Shown here one piece after another: positions 26,710 to 40,720 of a stretch of 64,000 bases of DNA. The DNA comes from Octopus vulgaris. Taxonomy: Eukaryota. The stretch is from contig OX597828.1 in the NCBI GenBank assembly GCA_951406725.2, forward strand, positions 15,686,001-15,750,000, written 5' to 3'. Numbering within the stretch: position 1 is the first letter of the stretch; every line of letters begins with the position of its first letter. The notes under the pieces are model-generated. The model saw only the letters and a list, made by a program, of their open reading frames with translations. It made no database searches and was not told where the DNA came from. The translations under genes were made by a program, and so were the position numbers.

Positions 26710-26885
26710 CGGCAGTAGCCACTACACACATTTTTTTTCTCTCCTTGTATTTTTTTTCTGTCCCTTTCTGTAGAAGAGCGTAGGCTCGAAACGTAAAATA
26801 CTTTTTCTATTCCTGAGCGTTGTACAAATACATCTGTTTGTTTTCTACACCGCCTGTCTTCGTATTTTGTTATTTTCGTGAACTC

Positions 26886-26886
<1 letters not shown>
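26710..26886 (+). mobile_element. PLE pseudo-LTR-like fragment with a minimal hammerhead-like motif (26765-26798)
   Basis: ttt-CTGtAGA-A-GAGC-gtag-GCTC-GAAA-cg-TA-aaa, with one core change (A6>U). Flanked by (TACA)n/(TA)n; same layout as 48760-48980 on the minus strand. Confidence 0.6.
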
Positions 26887-26916
<30 letters not shown>

Positions 26917-26927
26917 CATACATACAT

Positions 26928-27375
26928 AGGACACTGTACAATGAGATCCACCGGAAGGATAACCCCAAGGACAAAGAAATGAGAACCCACAGTATGATAG
27001 AAGTCATAGCCACTCATAATAAAAAGGAATACTGGTGGAATGTCTCAGTGACGACCTCAATAAAATGTAAGCACAACAGACCTGATATAATGATTTGGGA
27101 TAGAGAAGAAAAACTGTGTACAGTCGTGGAAATCAGCGGCCCGGCGGATGTTAACATAAAGCTATAGATCAACGAAAAAGACAATACCTACACTGAACTA
27201 TTAAGAAATCTACAGTTACTCTACCCAGATTACAAGTTCCGGTTTATATCTGTAATTATTGGAACACTGGGATATGAAACACACTGCCTAAATACTTATC
27301 TTGAGAAATTAAGCTTCTCAAAACCAGAAAGAGAAAGCTGATTCGAATGCTACAGATTCAATCCATCACTGGTAC
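26928..27375 (+). pseudogene. Restriction-like endonuclease (RLE) domain of an R4/Dong/NeSL-type non-LTR retrotransposon, truncated
   Basis: Translation YWWNVSVTTSIKCKHNRPDIMIWDREEKLCTVVEISGPADVNIKL*INEKDNTYTELLRNLQLLYPDYKFRFISVIIGTLG carries the NRPD..E..P..K..Y..VIIG.LG signature; stop and frameshift present. Confidence 0.85.
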
Positions 27376-27508
27376 TTAATTTATCGACCCCCGAAAGGAT
27401 GAAAGGCAAAGTCGACCTCGGCGGAATTTGAACTCAGAACTTAATGACAGACGACATACCGCTAAGCATTTCGTCCAGCGTGCTAACGATTCTGCCAGCT
27501 CACCGCCT
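27368..27508 (-). mobile_element. SINE-B 5' part joined to the RLE relic
   Basis: SINE-B head and core; the junction falls in the shared actggtact. Confidence 0.85.
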
Positions 27509-27591
27509 TTAAAGCATGCAATATTGGCCCAATTTCTCATATAGGACCACGTGTGAGTTTTATTTGTGGCTTATTTTTCGTGGAAATAAGA

Positions 27592-27999
27592 TACTCTTTT
27601 ACTCTTTTACTTGTTTCAGTCATTTGACTGCGACCATGCTGGAGCACCGCCTTTAATCGAGCAACTCGACCCCGGGACTTATTCTTTTGTAAGCCCAGTA
27701 CTTATTCTATCGGTCTCTTTTGCCGAACCGCTAAGTAACGGGGACATAAACACACCAGCATCGGTTGTCAAGCAATGCTAGGGGGACAAACACACTCACA
27801 CAAACACACACTCGCATACATATATATACATATATACGACGGGCTTCTTTCAGTTTACGTCTACCAAATCCACTCACAAGGTTTTGGTCGGCCCGAGGCT
27901 ATAGTAGAAGACACATGCCCAAGGTGCCACGCAGTGGGACTGAACCCGGAACCATGTGGCTGGTAAACAAGCTACTTACCACACAGCCACTCCTGCGCC
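27592..27999 (-). mobile_element. SINE-A, full length
   Basis: Complete head to tail. Confidence 0.92.
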
Positions 28000-29399
28000 T
28001 ATGATGAGTGTTATATATTTTCAAATACGATAATTTTTGTTACAGGCTCAAGGCCACCCATTTCGGTTTCAGTATAGCTTATTTTAGAATAAACACCAAT
28101 GCTAGAAATACATAAAAATATAAGTATAAGCGGCAAAGAAAACTTCAGCGAAACTTGAACTCAAAACGTTAAGAAGCATTGTGTGGTACTTACTGGTTCA
28201 ATTACACTATTTCCAAAAATCCTTATAGATGGGTGTGAAGCAAATACACGGATAAATAAATAGATAAATAAATAAAAATAACAAACTGGGGACAAATATC
28301 TGTAGTTAATTACGTAATGAATACTAATGAGCTATTATGTGGCATTTAGGAATACTAATGAGTATGATTTCCAATGTGGAAAACAAAATGACAAATACTG
28401 TCATTGTATAGAAAGCAAAATATGACGCAACACGTGCGGTACGTGGTTGTTGTGTTTGATGTTGATGTTGTTATTGTTGTTGTTGTTGTTGTTGTTACTG
28501 CTGCTCCTATTGCTGTTGTTGCTGTTGTTGGCGGTGGCGGTGGTGGTGGAGACGGACGTAGTGGTGTTACTACTGTTGGTTAACTTAAGGTAAGCTCACG
28601 TCGAAGAACAGATCTACGACCGTAGGCAGTTCCAGCCGTGACTATTCCATCTGTTGTCTTTGTGCCTGAGAACTCACGACCATTTTAATTCCCAAAGTAT
28701 CGTTTGTACTTTCTCAAGAAAGTTGGATGTTATTTGAAGGAATTTGGTTGCTATTTCTAGCTACTCGGGTAATAATGCCTGATAAGTTGGCGGCTTTGAA
28801 CACAGTTAACATTCAAGAAGATAAAGTTGCTGATGTTTAGTCCCAGGTTTCTGGTTGAGTAGGCTCCTATGATAAGGTATTCCAGACGTGAGCATCACGT
28901 CTTTTACTCATACATAACGTATCAAAGATTGTATAATCTATACTATATGAATTACTACAGAATAAGCTGTTATTTCTAGCATGTCGAGCGTCCACATAGA
29001 GGTGCTTCTTATAGGATCTTGAAGATAAAATGTAGTTATGTTGACGGTAGCAGATTGACAGAATTGTTAGGACGTTCTAAGTTCAAATCTGCTGAGGTAA
29101 ATTTTGTTTTCTCCCTTTCAGGGCCAATAAAATAAAATGCTAGCCAAGGCAGTAGATTGGCAAAATTATCAAAGTGCTGAACAAAGTGCTTTGCGATGTT
29201 TGTTCCATCGCTTTGCATTCTCAGTGATCAGTCAAGTGTGACGAACGTGTCTGCATTTAGCCGGAAATATGGCCTCCAAAGTTGAATAGGTCACAGAGAA
29301 CATACAGAAAGCAAAACAAAACAATTTGTTCATAATTATTTAGTTACGTCATCTTACACGCACTTCATTAACAATGAACAATATCAGTTATATATTTTT

Positions 29400-30517
29400 T
29401 TTTACTTGTTTCAGTCATTTGACTGCGGCCATGCTGGAGCAACGCCTTTAGTCGAGCAAATCGCCCCAAGGACTTATTCTTTGGAAGCCTAGTACTTATT
29501 CTATCGGTCTCTTTTGCCGAGCCGCTAAGTTACGGGGACATAAACACACCAGCATCGGTTGTCAAGCGATGTTGGGGGACAAATAAAGACACACAAACAT
29601 ATACACACACGTACACACACACACGCGCACACACACATAAATATATATATATGTCTCCATATATGCCAATAATGCCGTTACACTGCTTGTATACATAATT
29701 TTTTCTTATTTCGTTTTTTTCCCCACCCCTCCTTCGTTCCTTTTTCTCTCTCTCCTTTCTTTCGCCCCCCCCCCCTTACTCAGTATATGAGAATCGCTAC
29801 ATAGATGATTTTTAGCTTGCGTGCGAGATGGTTTGCGTGAATATATGTACACATGCATTTATGTGTATATTTAGATTTATATTCATACGTCTGTATATGT
29901 ATGGCGTTTACGCGCATCCTTTTGTGTATGTTGATATATATATGTAGATTTTAATATAAATATGTATTGCAGTGTAATATTTATAACAGGTTTAATTTCT
30001 ATGCATTAATTTGCACTTTCTTCATTAACGTCAATATGTATTTTATTCAATGTAAGGTTTTTCCTCGGATTTTATAATTTTTATAAGTTTTTTTATATAT
30101 ATATACATATATTTTTGACCTTTTTGTTTATCGCTCGAAGATTGACCGTTTTTTTCTAAAGGGTCAATCAAACAAGTCCATTTCTTTTTAAAGGTGTAGC
30201 GTTTGTAAGAGTCTAGATTGAATTGATATATCGGTTCCATTCTAGCAAAAACTGTCTGATGAACGGCAACGAGAAACTCAGAGTAACAGATTTTGTTGAA
30301 TTTTCTGCTGCTTAAAATAAAGTATAAATATATATATACATACATACATATATACGACGGGCTTCTTTCAGTTTCCGTCTACCAAATCCACTCACAAGGC
30401 TTTGGTCGGCCCGAGGCTATAGTAGAAGGCACTTGCCCAAGGTGCCACGCAGTAGAACTAAACCCGGAACTATGTGGTTGATAAGCAAGCTACTTACCAC
30501 ACAGCCACTCCTGCGCC
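29400..30517 (-). mobile_element. SINE-A split by an insert of about 700 bp in its microsatellite spacer
   Basis: 3' half about 29400-29640 and 5' half about 30340-30517, same orientation. Confidence 0.75.
30252..30289 (+). ncRNA. Minimal type I hammerhead ribozyme-like motif, core intact
   Basis: Stem I CTGT/ACAG; CTGATGA 30256-30262; small stem II CG-GCAA-CG flanked by A.A; GAAA 30273-30276; stem III ACTC/GAGT; GUA cleavage triplet; AATAAA at 30316-30321. Confidence 0.65.
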
Positions 30518-30969
30518 TATGTAAACAGATTGCATGAAATCTTCGGAGATTGCGTAACTTTAATGTGTTACTTTCAGTTTTTTATATTGGACTGCCAAAA
30601 GTGTTACATGTAGTCGTATCTGTATGTATTTCGTCTCAGGCCCACTAAGCTCTTTTCCTGCAGTTTGACATGAAGATTAGTCACGAATTGAACAGTTTCG
30701 TTATTACTTAACTCATTAGGACCCGTACTCCTCCACTTCCTGATGTATCGAGTCATAACAACAGAAAACCACTTATCAAATATGTAAACAACATGTTTCC
30801 AAGCACAATACAACCAGTTTCTTGTTCCGGCAATAAGAAAAACGAGATGAAAGACAATGAGCAAACTTTCGGAGTGAGGTTCTTTTTCCCGATGAAACGT
30901 TAATCTCTTTGTTTGTTTATTTGTCTGTTTGCTTATAATTTATTCCTTAAGTTGCTGATTGGATATGTG

Positions 30970-31362
30970 ACTCTCTCTTTTTCTCTTTTACTTGTTTCAG
31001 TCATTTGACTGCGGCCACGCTGGAGCACCGCCTTTAGTCGAGCAACTCGACCCCGGGACTTATTCTTTGTAAGCCCAGTACTTATTCTATCGGTCTCTTT
31101 TGCCGAACCGCTAAGTGACGGTGACGTAAACACACCAGCATCGGTTATCAAGCAATGCTAGGGGGACAAACACAGACACACACACATATATATATATATA
31201 CGACAGCTTCTTTCAGTTTTCGTCTCCCAAATCCACTCACAAGGCATTGGTCGGCCCGGGGCTATAGCAGAAGACACTTGCCCAAGATGCCACGCTGTGG
31301 GACTGAACCCGGAACCATGTGGTTGGTTAGCAAGCTACTTATCACACAGCCACTCCTGCGCC
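30970..31362 (-). mobile_element. SINE-A, full length
   Basis: Complete head to tail. Confidence 0.92.
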
Positions 31363-31374
31363 TATGATATATAT

Positions 31375-31790
31375 TTTTTTACAACCCACAAGGGGCTAAA
31401 CACAGAGGGGGATAAACAAGGACAGACAAAGGGATTAAGTCGATTACATCGACCAACCCAGTGCGTAACTGGTACTTAATTTATCGACCCCGAAAGGATG
31501 AAAGGCAAAGTCGACCTCGGCGGAATTTGAACTCGGAACGTAACGACAGATGAAATACGTATTTCTTTATTACCCACAAGGGGCTAAACACAGAGGGGGC
31601 AAACAAGGACAGACAAATGGATTAAGTCGATTACATCGACCCCAGTGCGTAACTGGTACTTAATTTATCGACCCCGAAAGGACGAAAGGCAAAGTCGACC
31701 TCGGCGGAATTTGAACTCGGAACGTAACGACAGATGAAATACGGCTACGCATTTCACTCGGCGTGCTAACGTTTCTGCCAGCTCGCCGCC
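31375..31790 (-). mobile_element. SINE-B dimer (one head, two bodies)
   Basis: Two units of about 185 bp joined at gaaatacgtatttctttattacccac. Confidence 0.9.
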
Positions 31791-32012
31791 TTTTTTAGGT
31801 GACTGATGATATGTGCCAGTAATATATGTCAGAAAAGACAACAACAACAACAATAACAACAGCAGCAGCAGCAGCAGCAGCAGCGGCGGCAGCATCGACG
31901 ACAACAACAGAGGCTGCAGATGATGAATTACATGTTAAATATTCATAACTAAGATAACTGCAACATTTTTCGAAATTATTTTCAGTTTTTAGACAAATGA
32001 AGACTTCTCTCG

Positions 32013-32668
32013 CCCACCACCACCACCACTACCATCAACACCACCACTACCACGACCACGACAACCGTCACCACCATCGCCGCCGCCACCACCAGCACCA
32101 GCACCACCACCGTCACCACCACCACCACCACCTTCGTCGCTACCGCCACTACCGCCGCTACCACCACCACCACCACCACCACCACCACTACCATCAACAC
32201 CACCACTACCACTATCACCTCCACCACGACCACCACGACCATCACCACCGTCACCACTATCGCCGCCGCCGCCACCAGCACCAGCACCACCACCGTCACC
32301 ACCACCATCACCACCGCCTTCGCCGCTACCGCCGTCAACATCATCACCACCACCATTACCACTATCACCACCACCACCACCACCACCACCACCACCACCA
32401 CCACCACCACCACACCACCACCACCACCATCATCACCACCACCACCACCACCACCACCACCACCACCATCACCACAACCACGACCACGACCACGACCACG
32501 ACCACCACGAGCACGACCACCACCACTACCGGCGCCATCACGACCACCACGACCACCACGACCGTCACCACCATCGCCGCCGCCACCACCAGCACCAGCA
32601 CCAGCACAACCAGCACCACCACCACCACCACCACCAGCATCACCAGCACCACCTCCGCCACCACCACC
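32013..32668. repeat. Degenerate (CAC)n array with higher-order internal duplication
   Basis: The block accgtcaccaccatcgccgccgccaccaccagcaccagc recurs three times (about 32064, 32247, 32561). Confidence 0.9.
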
Positions 32669-33236
32669 CGTCTAAAATGATATCTACATTAGAAAGTTGC
32701 GAAATAAAATTAATTTAAGAATTGTTTTGACGGAAGTTGCCATTTAAAATGTTAAGAATCTTCAGTCATTAATCACATATATTAATTATGTCTATTAATT
32801 ATCTTACTACTGATTTATACATTAATTTCGGTTTGGTTTTCCGATCATTTAACTCTACATTTTATGTATTTTTTCTTTTGTTGTTTTTTTTCCATTTGTC
32901 TAAGCTTCGTTTTAACTCGTGTAGAAGTATTACGTACACACACACACACACACACACGCACACACACACACGCACACACACACACACACACACATACACG
33001 CACGCACACGCACACACACGCACACACACACACACACACGCACGCACACGTCATATATACATACGCATAAACGTTTATTCATATATACATGTATGCATAT
33101 ATATTCATATACAGACGTAGATACATATACATGCATACATATGTATGTATGTGTGTGTATATATATACACATACAAATGTGTATATATAAAGACATACAT
33201 ATACATACGCACGCACACAGACACGCACATATATCA

Positions 33237-33272
<36 letters not shown>

Positions 33273-33362
33273 TTGTGCTTGTGTGTCTATGTATATACAA
33301 ATGCACACACACTTATACAATCACACACAGGCGTGTATACACACGCAAGCACACTCCCAGAA

Positions 33363-33680
<318 letters not shown>

Positions 33681-33764
33681 GCATTTATTTCTCTGGTCTC
33701 AGAACGATTCTATTGAATTAATATCACTAGTGATACGTACACACAGACCCCCCCTCCAACCCCA

Positions 33765-33815
<51 letters not shown>

Positions 33816-34189
33816 TACAAACATACAGACACTCGTGTCTCTCTGCTGGAACAGTATTCTTTGATTGAGTTTGAACTTTGAACCCTAGTTTTCAAAGCAA
33901 TATTTCGACACAAATATATGTGTTATACCGAGAAATTTAGCCGCCAGAAATCAATAAAACAATTAGAAACATATGTAGAGAGATAGATAAAGCCGCATGA
34001 AGGCCAGGAGGGAATAACAGCGATCGAAATGGAGGGAGTGGAAAGATAACAAAGATGAGGTTAACTGTCTTCTAATACCTTACAGTGTTCCAGTAATGTG
34101 ACCTAATAATTTCTGTCTCTCTCTCCATCCTCCACCTCTCTCTCTTCCCCCTCTCCCTCTTTCTCTCTCTCACTCTCTCTCTCTCTATA

Positions 34190-34264
<75 letters not shown>

Positions 34265-34335
34265 TCTTCTCTTTTCTATTCTACTTCTTCTCCCTCTTTC
34301 ATTTAAATGTGTGTGTATGTATATATATATGTATA

Positions 34336-34405
<70 letters not shown>

Positions 34406-34429
34406 TATATATGTACATACATACATACA

Positions 34430-34463
<34 letters not shown>

Positions 34464-34465
34464 CA

Positions 34466-34996
<531 letters not shown>

Positions 34997-35050
34997 ATAC
35001 ATACATACATACATACATACATGGAAAAATATATACATACATCATATATA

Positions 35051-35310
35051 TTGGGTTGGTGCATAATTATTGCGGCTTGTTTTTAACAAATTTTATTTAA
35101 CGAAAATAATAACAACATGTAACAAAAACGTATTTAAATTATTATTCCGGAGCATATTCACAATCTACTTCAATTACTGCTTCCCATTTGCTTGGCAGAC
35201 GGTCAGACAGTCATCTAAAGATGTTTTTTGTTAAATATCGTTATTGTTTTTGTTGAATAGAATTTGTCGAAAAAAAAAAAAAAAGCCGCAATAATTATGC
35301 ACCAACCCAA
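35051..35310. mobile_element. mariner-derived MITE (260 bp)
   Basis: TIR TTGGGTTGGTGCATAATTATTGCGGCTT at both ends with TA flanks; minus strand 35142-35204 encodes a mariner C-terminus, DRLPSKWEAVIEVDCEYAPE*. Confidence 0.9.
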
Positions 35311-35346
35311 TATATAAATGTATATATAAATACATTTGCGGGAATT

Positions 35347-36340
<994 letters not shown>

Positions 36341-36416
36341 ATATATTTGTATATATATATATATATATATATATCTTATTTCTATTATATGCATATATAT
36401 ATGCATGTATATATAA

Positions 36417-36465
<49 letters not shown>

Positions 36466-36580
36466 TGCATTTGAACTGGATGTTAGTGTAACATGTATGC
36501 AAAGTTTCGTCAAGATTGGTTCACTGGTGTAGGCAGCAAGATGGTAATAGATCGACAGACAGAAGAAATTGCCATTTATG

Positions 36581-36677
<97 letters not shown>

Positions 36678-37234
36678 ATGTGTATAAGTGAAAGAGAGAG
36701 AGTAAGGAGAGAGTGAGAGAGAGTGAGAGGTAGATGAGATACGCTAAAGCAAGCATCATATAGATCGTCACCAAGTAGTGCCTCAGATAAATGCAAAACT
36801 TTATCTAGTGCTAAATACTGCCGGTGTAGGAAATCGGTTATAAGAGCGACCTTTGTCGAGTCGGCATGGAAGTAAAAAAAAAGCAGATAAACGAAAGTAG
36901 GCTTCAAGAGAGTAGTCGCATGGAAACATGAGAATAGAAGTATATAGAAAGTTGAAATAGACTTACTTTACAGCTGTTTCGAATGAACAAAGAATTGTAC
37001 CATAACCATGACTATATATATTATGTAATAAAGTCTCATTAGTTTATAGGTGTAGGAAATACACTGATTCTTAGAAACCAGAGATGTGAAATCATGTTAT
37101 CGTCATCAGAAAATTCTGGTAAATAGCTATATTATAGCAAGGACTCGGCTGTGCTTAAGTGTAATCATTTTATTTTGGATTTCTCGTTTCATATCACCTT
37201 ATTGGTCTTTTATGTTCCTAAATTACATTATTTC

Positions 37235-37270
37235 GTTAACGTTTCAAGACCTTGCCGGTCTTCTCGGAAC
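37235..37270 (-). ncRNA. Degenerate minimal hammerhead-like motif
   Basis: Minus strand gtt-CCGAGA-AGACC-ggcaa-GGTCT-t-GAAAC-GTT-aac. A second relic (CTGATGA at about 37103-37109 ... GAAACAGCTGTA at 36969-36980) lies on the same strand. Confidence 0.4.
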
Positions 37271-37469
37271 ATTGTGAGTGTAATAATGGTCTTGTGCTAA
37301 TTCGCAAAGGATCATGGGAATACTGTTATAAGTGATAAAATTGTGGACACTGGATTTTGAAATCAAAAAACGATTAAGTTCTGACAATTCATTTTTTCTA
37401 TTTTACGTGCGATGTATTTGTATATCGGTTTTGCCTTATCAAAGCTTCCATTGTTATTCTTCCCATTTT

Positions 37470-37625
37470 TTTTTTTCAGTTTCCGTCTACCAAATCCACT
37501 CACAAGGCTTTGGTCGGCCCGAGGCCATAGTAGAAGACATTTGCCTAAGGTGCCACGCAGTGGGACTGAACCCGGAACCATTTTGTTGGTAAGCAAGCTA
37601 CTTACCACACTGCCTCTCCTACGCC
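37470..37625 (-). mobile_element. SINE-A 5' half
   Basis: Head and first body segment. Confidence 0.85.
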
Positions 37626-37694
37626 TATGAAAATATACAACAATGAAAATAATCATTTGATCTTAGTAAGTTCGTATAGATAGAAATAACAGCC

Positions 37695-38550
37695 TTTTCT
37701 ACAACAGGCACAAGGTCTTAAGAGATGTGGTTAGCCGATTATACCAACTTCAGAACCCGAAAGGATGAAAGGCCAAGTCATCCTCGGCGGAATTTGAACT
37801 CAGACAGTAAAGACGGACGAAATGCCACTATACATTTTGTCCGGTATGCTAACGGTTCTGTAAGCTCACCGCCTTCATTAATAACCATTTCTGCTATAGG
37901 CACAAGGTCTAAAATTTAGGGGAGGAGTTGATCGATTACGACAACTCCAATTCTCAACTGATACTTATTTCTTCGACCCCGAAAAGATGAAAGACAAAGT
38001 CGACTCCAGCGGACTTTGAACTCAGAAAATAGAGACAAACGAAATAGCGGTTACGCATTTCGTTCAGCGTGCTAACGATTCTGCCAGCTCGCTGGCTTTA
38101 TAAACAAAAGTATGTTAGATTTGAACAATCGCCCTACTTAATAATAATAATATGACTAATAAATGAAACACTCGTTCTAAGTATCATGTGTACCGGACAT
38201 GTATCAGGTGACCGAATATAACAGACATATTTCATTTCAATGATACTATAAATACACTCACATATATTTATGATAAAATCTTGGATTAATTTCGTATTCA
38301 TTGGCGTTTTTTTAAAAAATCTACACAGTATATAGGGTGGCGAGCTGACAGAATCATTAGCAAGCCGAGCAAAATGTTTAACAGCTTCCCGTCCGTCCTC
38401 ATGTTCCAAGTTCAAATTCTGTTGAGGTCAACTTTGCGTTTCATCTTTTCGGAGGTCGATAAAATAAGAACCAGTTGATCGCTGGAGTCGGTATAATCGA
38501 CTGAGCCCCTTTTTCCGAAATTACTGGCCTTGTGCCAAAATTTGAAACCA
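37695..38550. mobile_element. Three older SINE-B copies (two minus, one plus at about 38335-38550)
   Basis: Diverged SINE-B heads and cores. Confidence 0.75.
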
Positions 38551-38571
38551 ATATACTCAGTATATACAGAA

Positions 38572-38628
<57 letters not shown>

Positions 38629-38630
<2 letters not shown>

Positions 38631-38875
38631 GCGCCCTTTTAAAGCCTAGCCAGGCTCATGTGCCCGGTTTCCAGGTTTCCATGGCGTGTGTGTTCTCCAG
38701 CTGAACGGGACGCCAGTCCATCGCAGCGTTACTCATTTTTGTCAGCTGAGTGGACTGGAGCAACGTGTAATGACGTGTTTTGCTCAAGAACACAACGTGT
38801 CGCCCGGTCCAGGAATCGAAACCACAATCTTACGATCATGATGCTGACACCCTAACCACTAAACCACGCCTCCAC
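38629..38875 (-). mobile_element. SINE-D (tRNA-like head, (TTA)n tail)
   Basis: Sense reads ggaggcgtggtttagtggttagggtg...gtttcgattcc (A/B boxes), body tgtgttcttgagcaaaacac...gcgatggactggcgtcccg, ending aaaagggcgcatt(tat)n. Confidence 0.85.
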
Positions 38876-38982
38876 AATAATAATAATGATAGTAGGGAAT
38901 ATAATTCCAAACTTACAGGGAAAAATTCAATTTAGCAATTCTAAATCAAATTTCACACTATACAATATACGTACAAAATTTG

Positions 38983-39176
38983 GAGAAAAAGCTCTGTTAA
39001 ACAATTCAATAGTGAAAGGCGTTATTCACACCATATGGAAAAAGTTAAATATACTATAGAAAATATTATTCTAAAAATCGATTTTCGGAATAATATTTTC
39101 TATAGTATATTTAACTTTTTCCATATGGTGTGAATAACGCCTTTCACTATTGAATTGTTTAACAGAGCTTTTTCTC
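38983..39176. repeat. Near-perfect 194-bp palindrome
   Basis: 89-bp perfect arms (38983-39071 and 39088-39176) around a self-complementary centre AAAATCGATTTT, with only two mismatched positions. Confidence 0.95.
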
Positions 39177-39208
39177 TGAATTATATACATACATACATAA
39201 ATACATAC

Positions 39209-39282
<74 letters not shown>

Positions 39283-39417
39283 GTCGTGTATATAATAAGG
39301 CATTAAAACAGAATGACTCTCTCCAGATACAACAAAATATACTTCTATATACGAATTCCCACAGAGAATCTTGAAAACCAAATACAAAAACGATATATAT
39401 AAAATAAATTTATTAAT

Positions 39418-39746
39418 AACAAGAGCACTCAGAGAACGCAAACCTCCGCCAAGGCAACACCAACGTCCTCTCAACGATTAGCTAGAGATGATTTTTAAAA
39501 TGAGAATATCTGAAATAAACTCGACTGCTTTCACAAAGGAGAATACTAAAAATGAACCCGACTGCTCTCAAAAATTAAGTAAAAAAACTGGAAAAATATT
39601 CCAGAATCCTTGTCCGGTACCGGATCGATCTCAAAATCTAATCACGAGGCCAAACGTATCCATCCAGTGGTTCTTAAGATATCTTGTCTACGGACAAACA
39701 AACACGACTAGAAACAATACCTCCGCTTTCCCTAAGGCGGAGGTAA
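39418..39746 (-). mobile_element. Helentron-type non-autonomous element (HINE/DINE-like)
   Basis: Minus strand begins ttACCTCCGCcttagggaaaGCGGAGGT (subTIR in a 5' stem-loop), followed by a gtttgtttgtccgt tract, and ends GGCGGAGGT plus short hairpin gcgttctctgagtgc plus tcttgtt. Confidence 0.7.
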
Positions 39747-39749
39747 TGA

Positions 39750-40165
39750 TGGACTCTCCCGTCAAAGACGATGTATGAATCCACGTTGTCTGAAGAGGTG
39801 CACGGTGTGCTACACATCAGGTGTCGGAATAATTGCAGAGAAAACTGAGATGAAGTGTTTTGTTCAAAAACACAACGCACCGCCCTGTCTAGGAACCGAA
39901 ATCACGATCGCAAGTGCAACATCCTTACCACTAGGCCACGCGTGACTTAGTGGTTAGGACGTTGCAGTCACAAACATAAAATTGTGCTTTCGCTTCCTGG
40001 ACCGAACGTAATGTTGTGTTGAGCGAAACGCATCATTTTACGTTGCTAGAAGTTCACTCAGCTGGAGAAAATCAGCAATCTTGTGACGGACCAGCGACCC
40101 GTTCACGGGGAAATATAGACGCGGAAACCAGTTTTAGGATTCTATGGCTCGGGAAGGACTTTGTT
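39750..40165. mobile_element. Two old SINE-D-like copies fused head-to-head
   Basis: Divergent tRNA-like heads overlap on the palindrome CACGCGTG at 39937-39944. Confidence 0.65.
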
Positions 40166-40254
40166 CTTTTTCTTTAAGTATATACATATATATATATATC
40201 ATATATCATATAGTGTGTGTGTGTGTTTGTGTGTGTCTGTTTATATATGTATAT

Positions 40255-40452
40255 TCTTTTAGTCTTTTATTTGTTTCAGTCATTCGACTGTGGCTATGCT
40301 GGAGCACGACGCCTTAAAGGAGTTTTTAGTCGAAGTAATCGACTTCAGGATTTATTCTTTGTAAGCCTAGGTCCTTTTGCCGAGCCGCTAAGTTACGGGG
40401 ATGCAAACACACCAACGTTGGTTGTCAAGCGACGGTGGGATGACAAACACAA

Positions 40453-40516
<64 letters not shown>

Positions 40517-40720
40517 GCATACACACACGCGCATACGCGCATACACACACACGTTTCTATATATATGTATATATGTGTGTGTGTGTGTGTGTGTGTACCA
40601 AATCCACGGACAAGGCTTTCGTCGACCGGAAGCTATAGTAGAAGACAGTTGCCCAAGGTACCACGCAGTAGAATTGAACCCAGAACCATATAGTTGGGAA
40701 GCAAACCTCTTGCCATATAC
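40255..40720 (-). mobile_element. SINE-A, older copy
   Basis: Diverged body with a long CA/TG spacer. Confidence 0.8.

Noticed and set aside
30604-30864. 86-aa minus-strand ORF
   Set aside because: Non-ATG start and no recognisable motif; may be the antisense shadow of the + strand exon candidate.
31982-32680. Poly-His/Thr and poly-Val ORFs (mucin- or His-rich-like)
   Set aside because: CAC triplet array open in several frames, with a mid-array frameshift and no splice or homology support.
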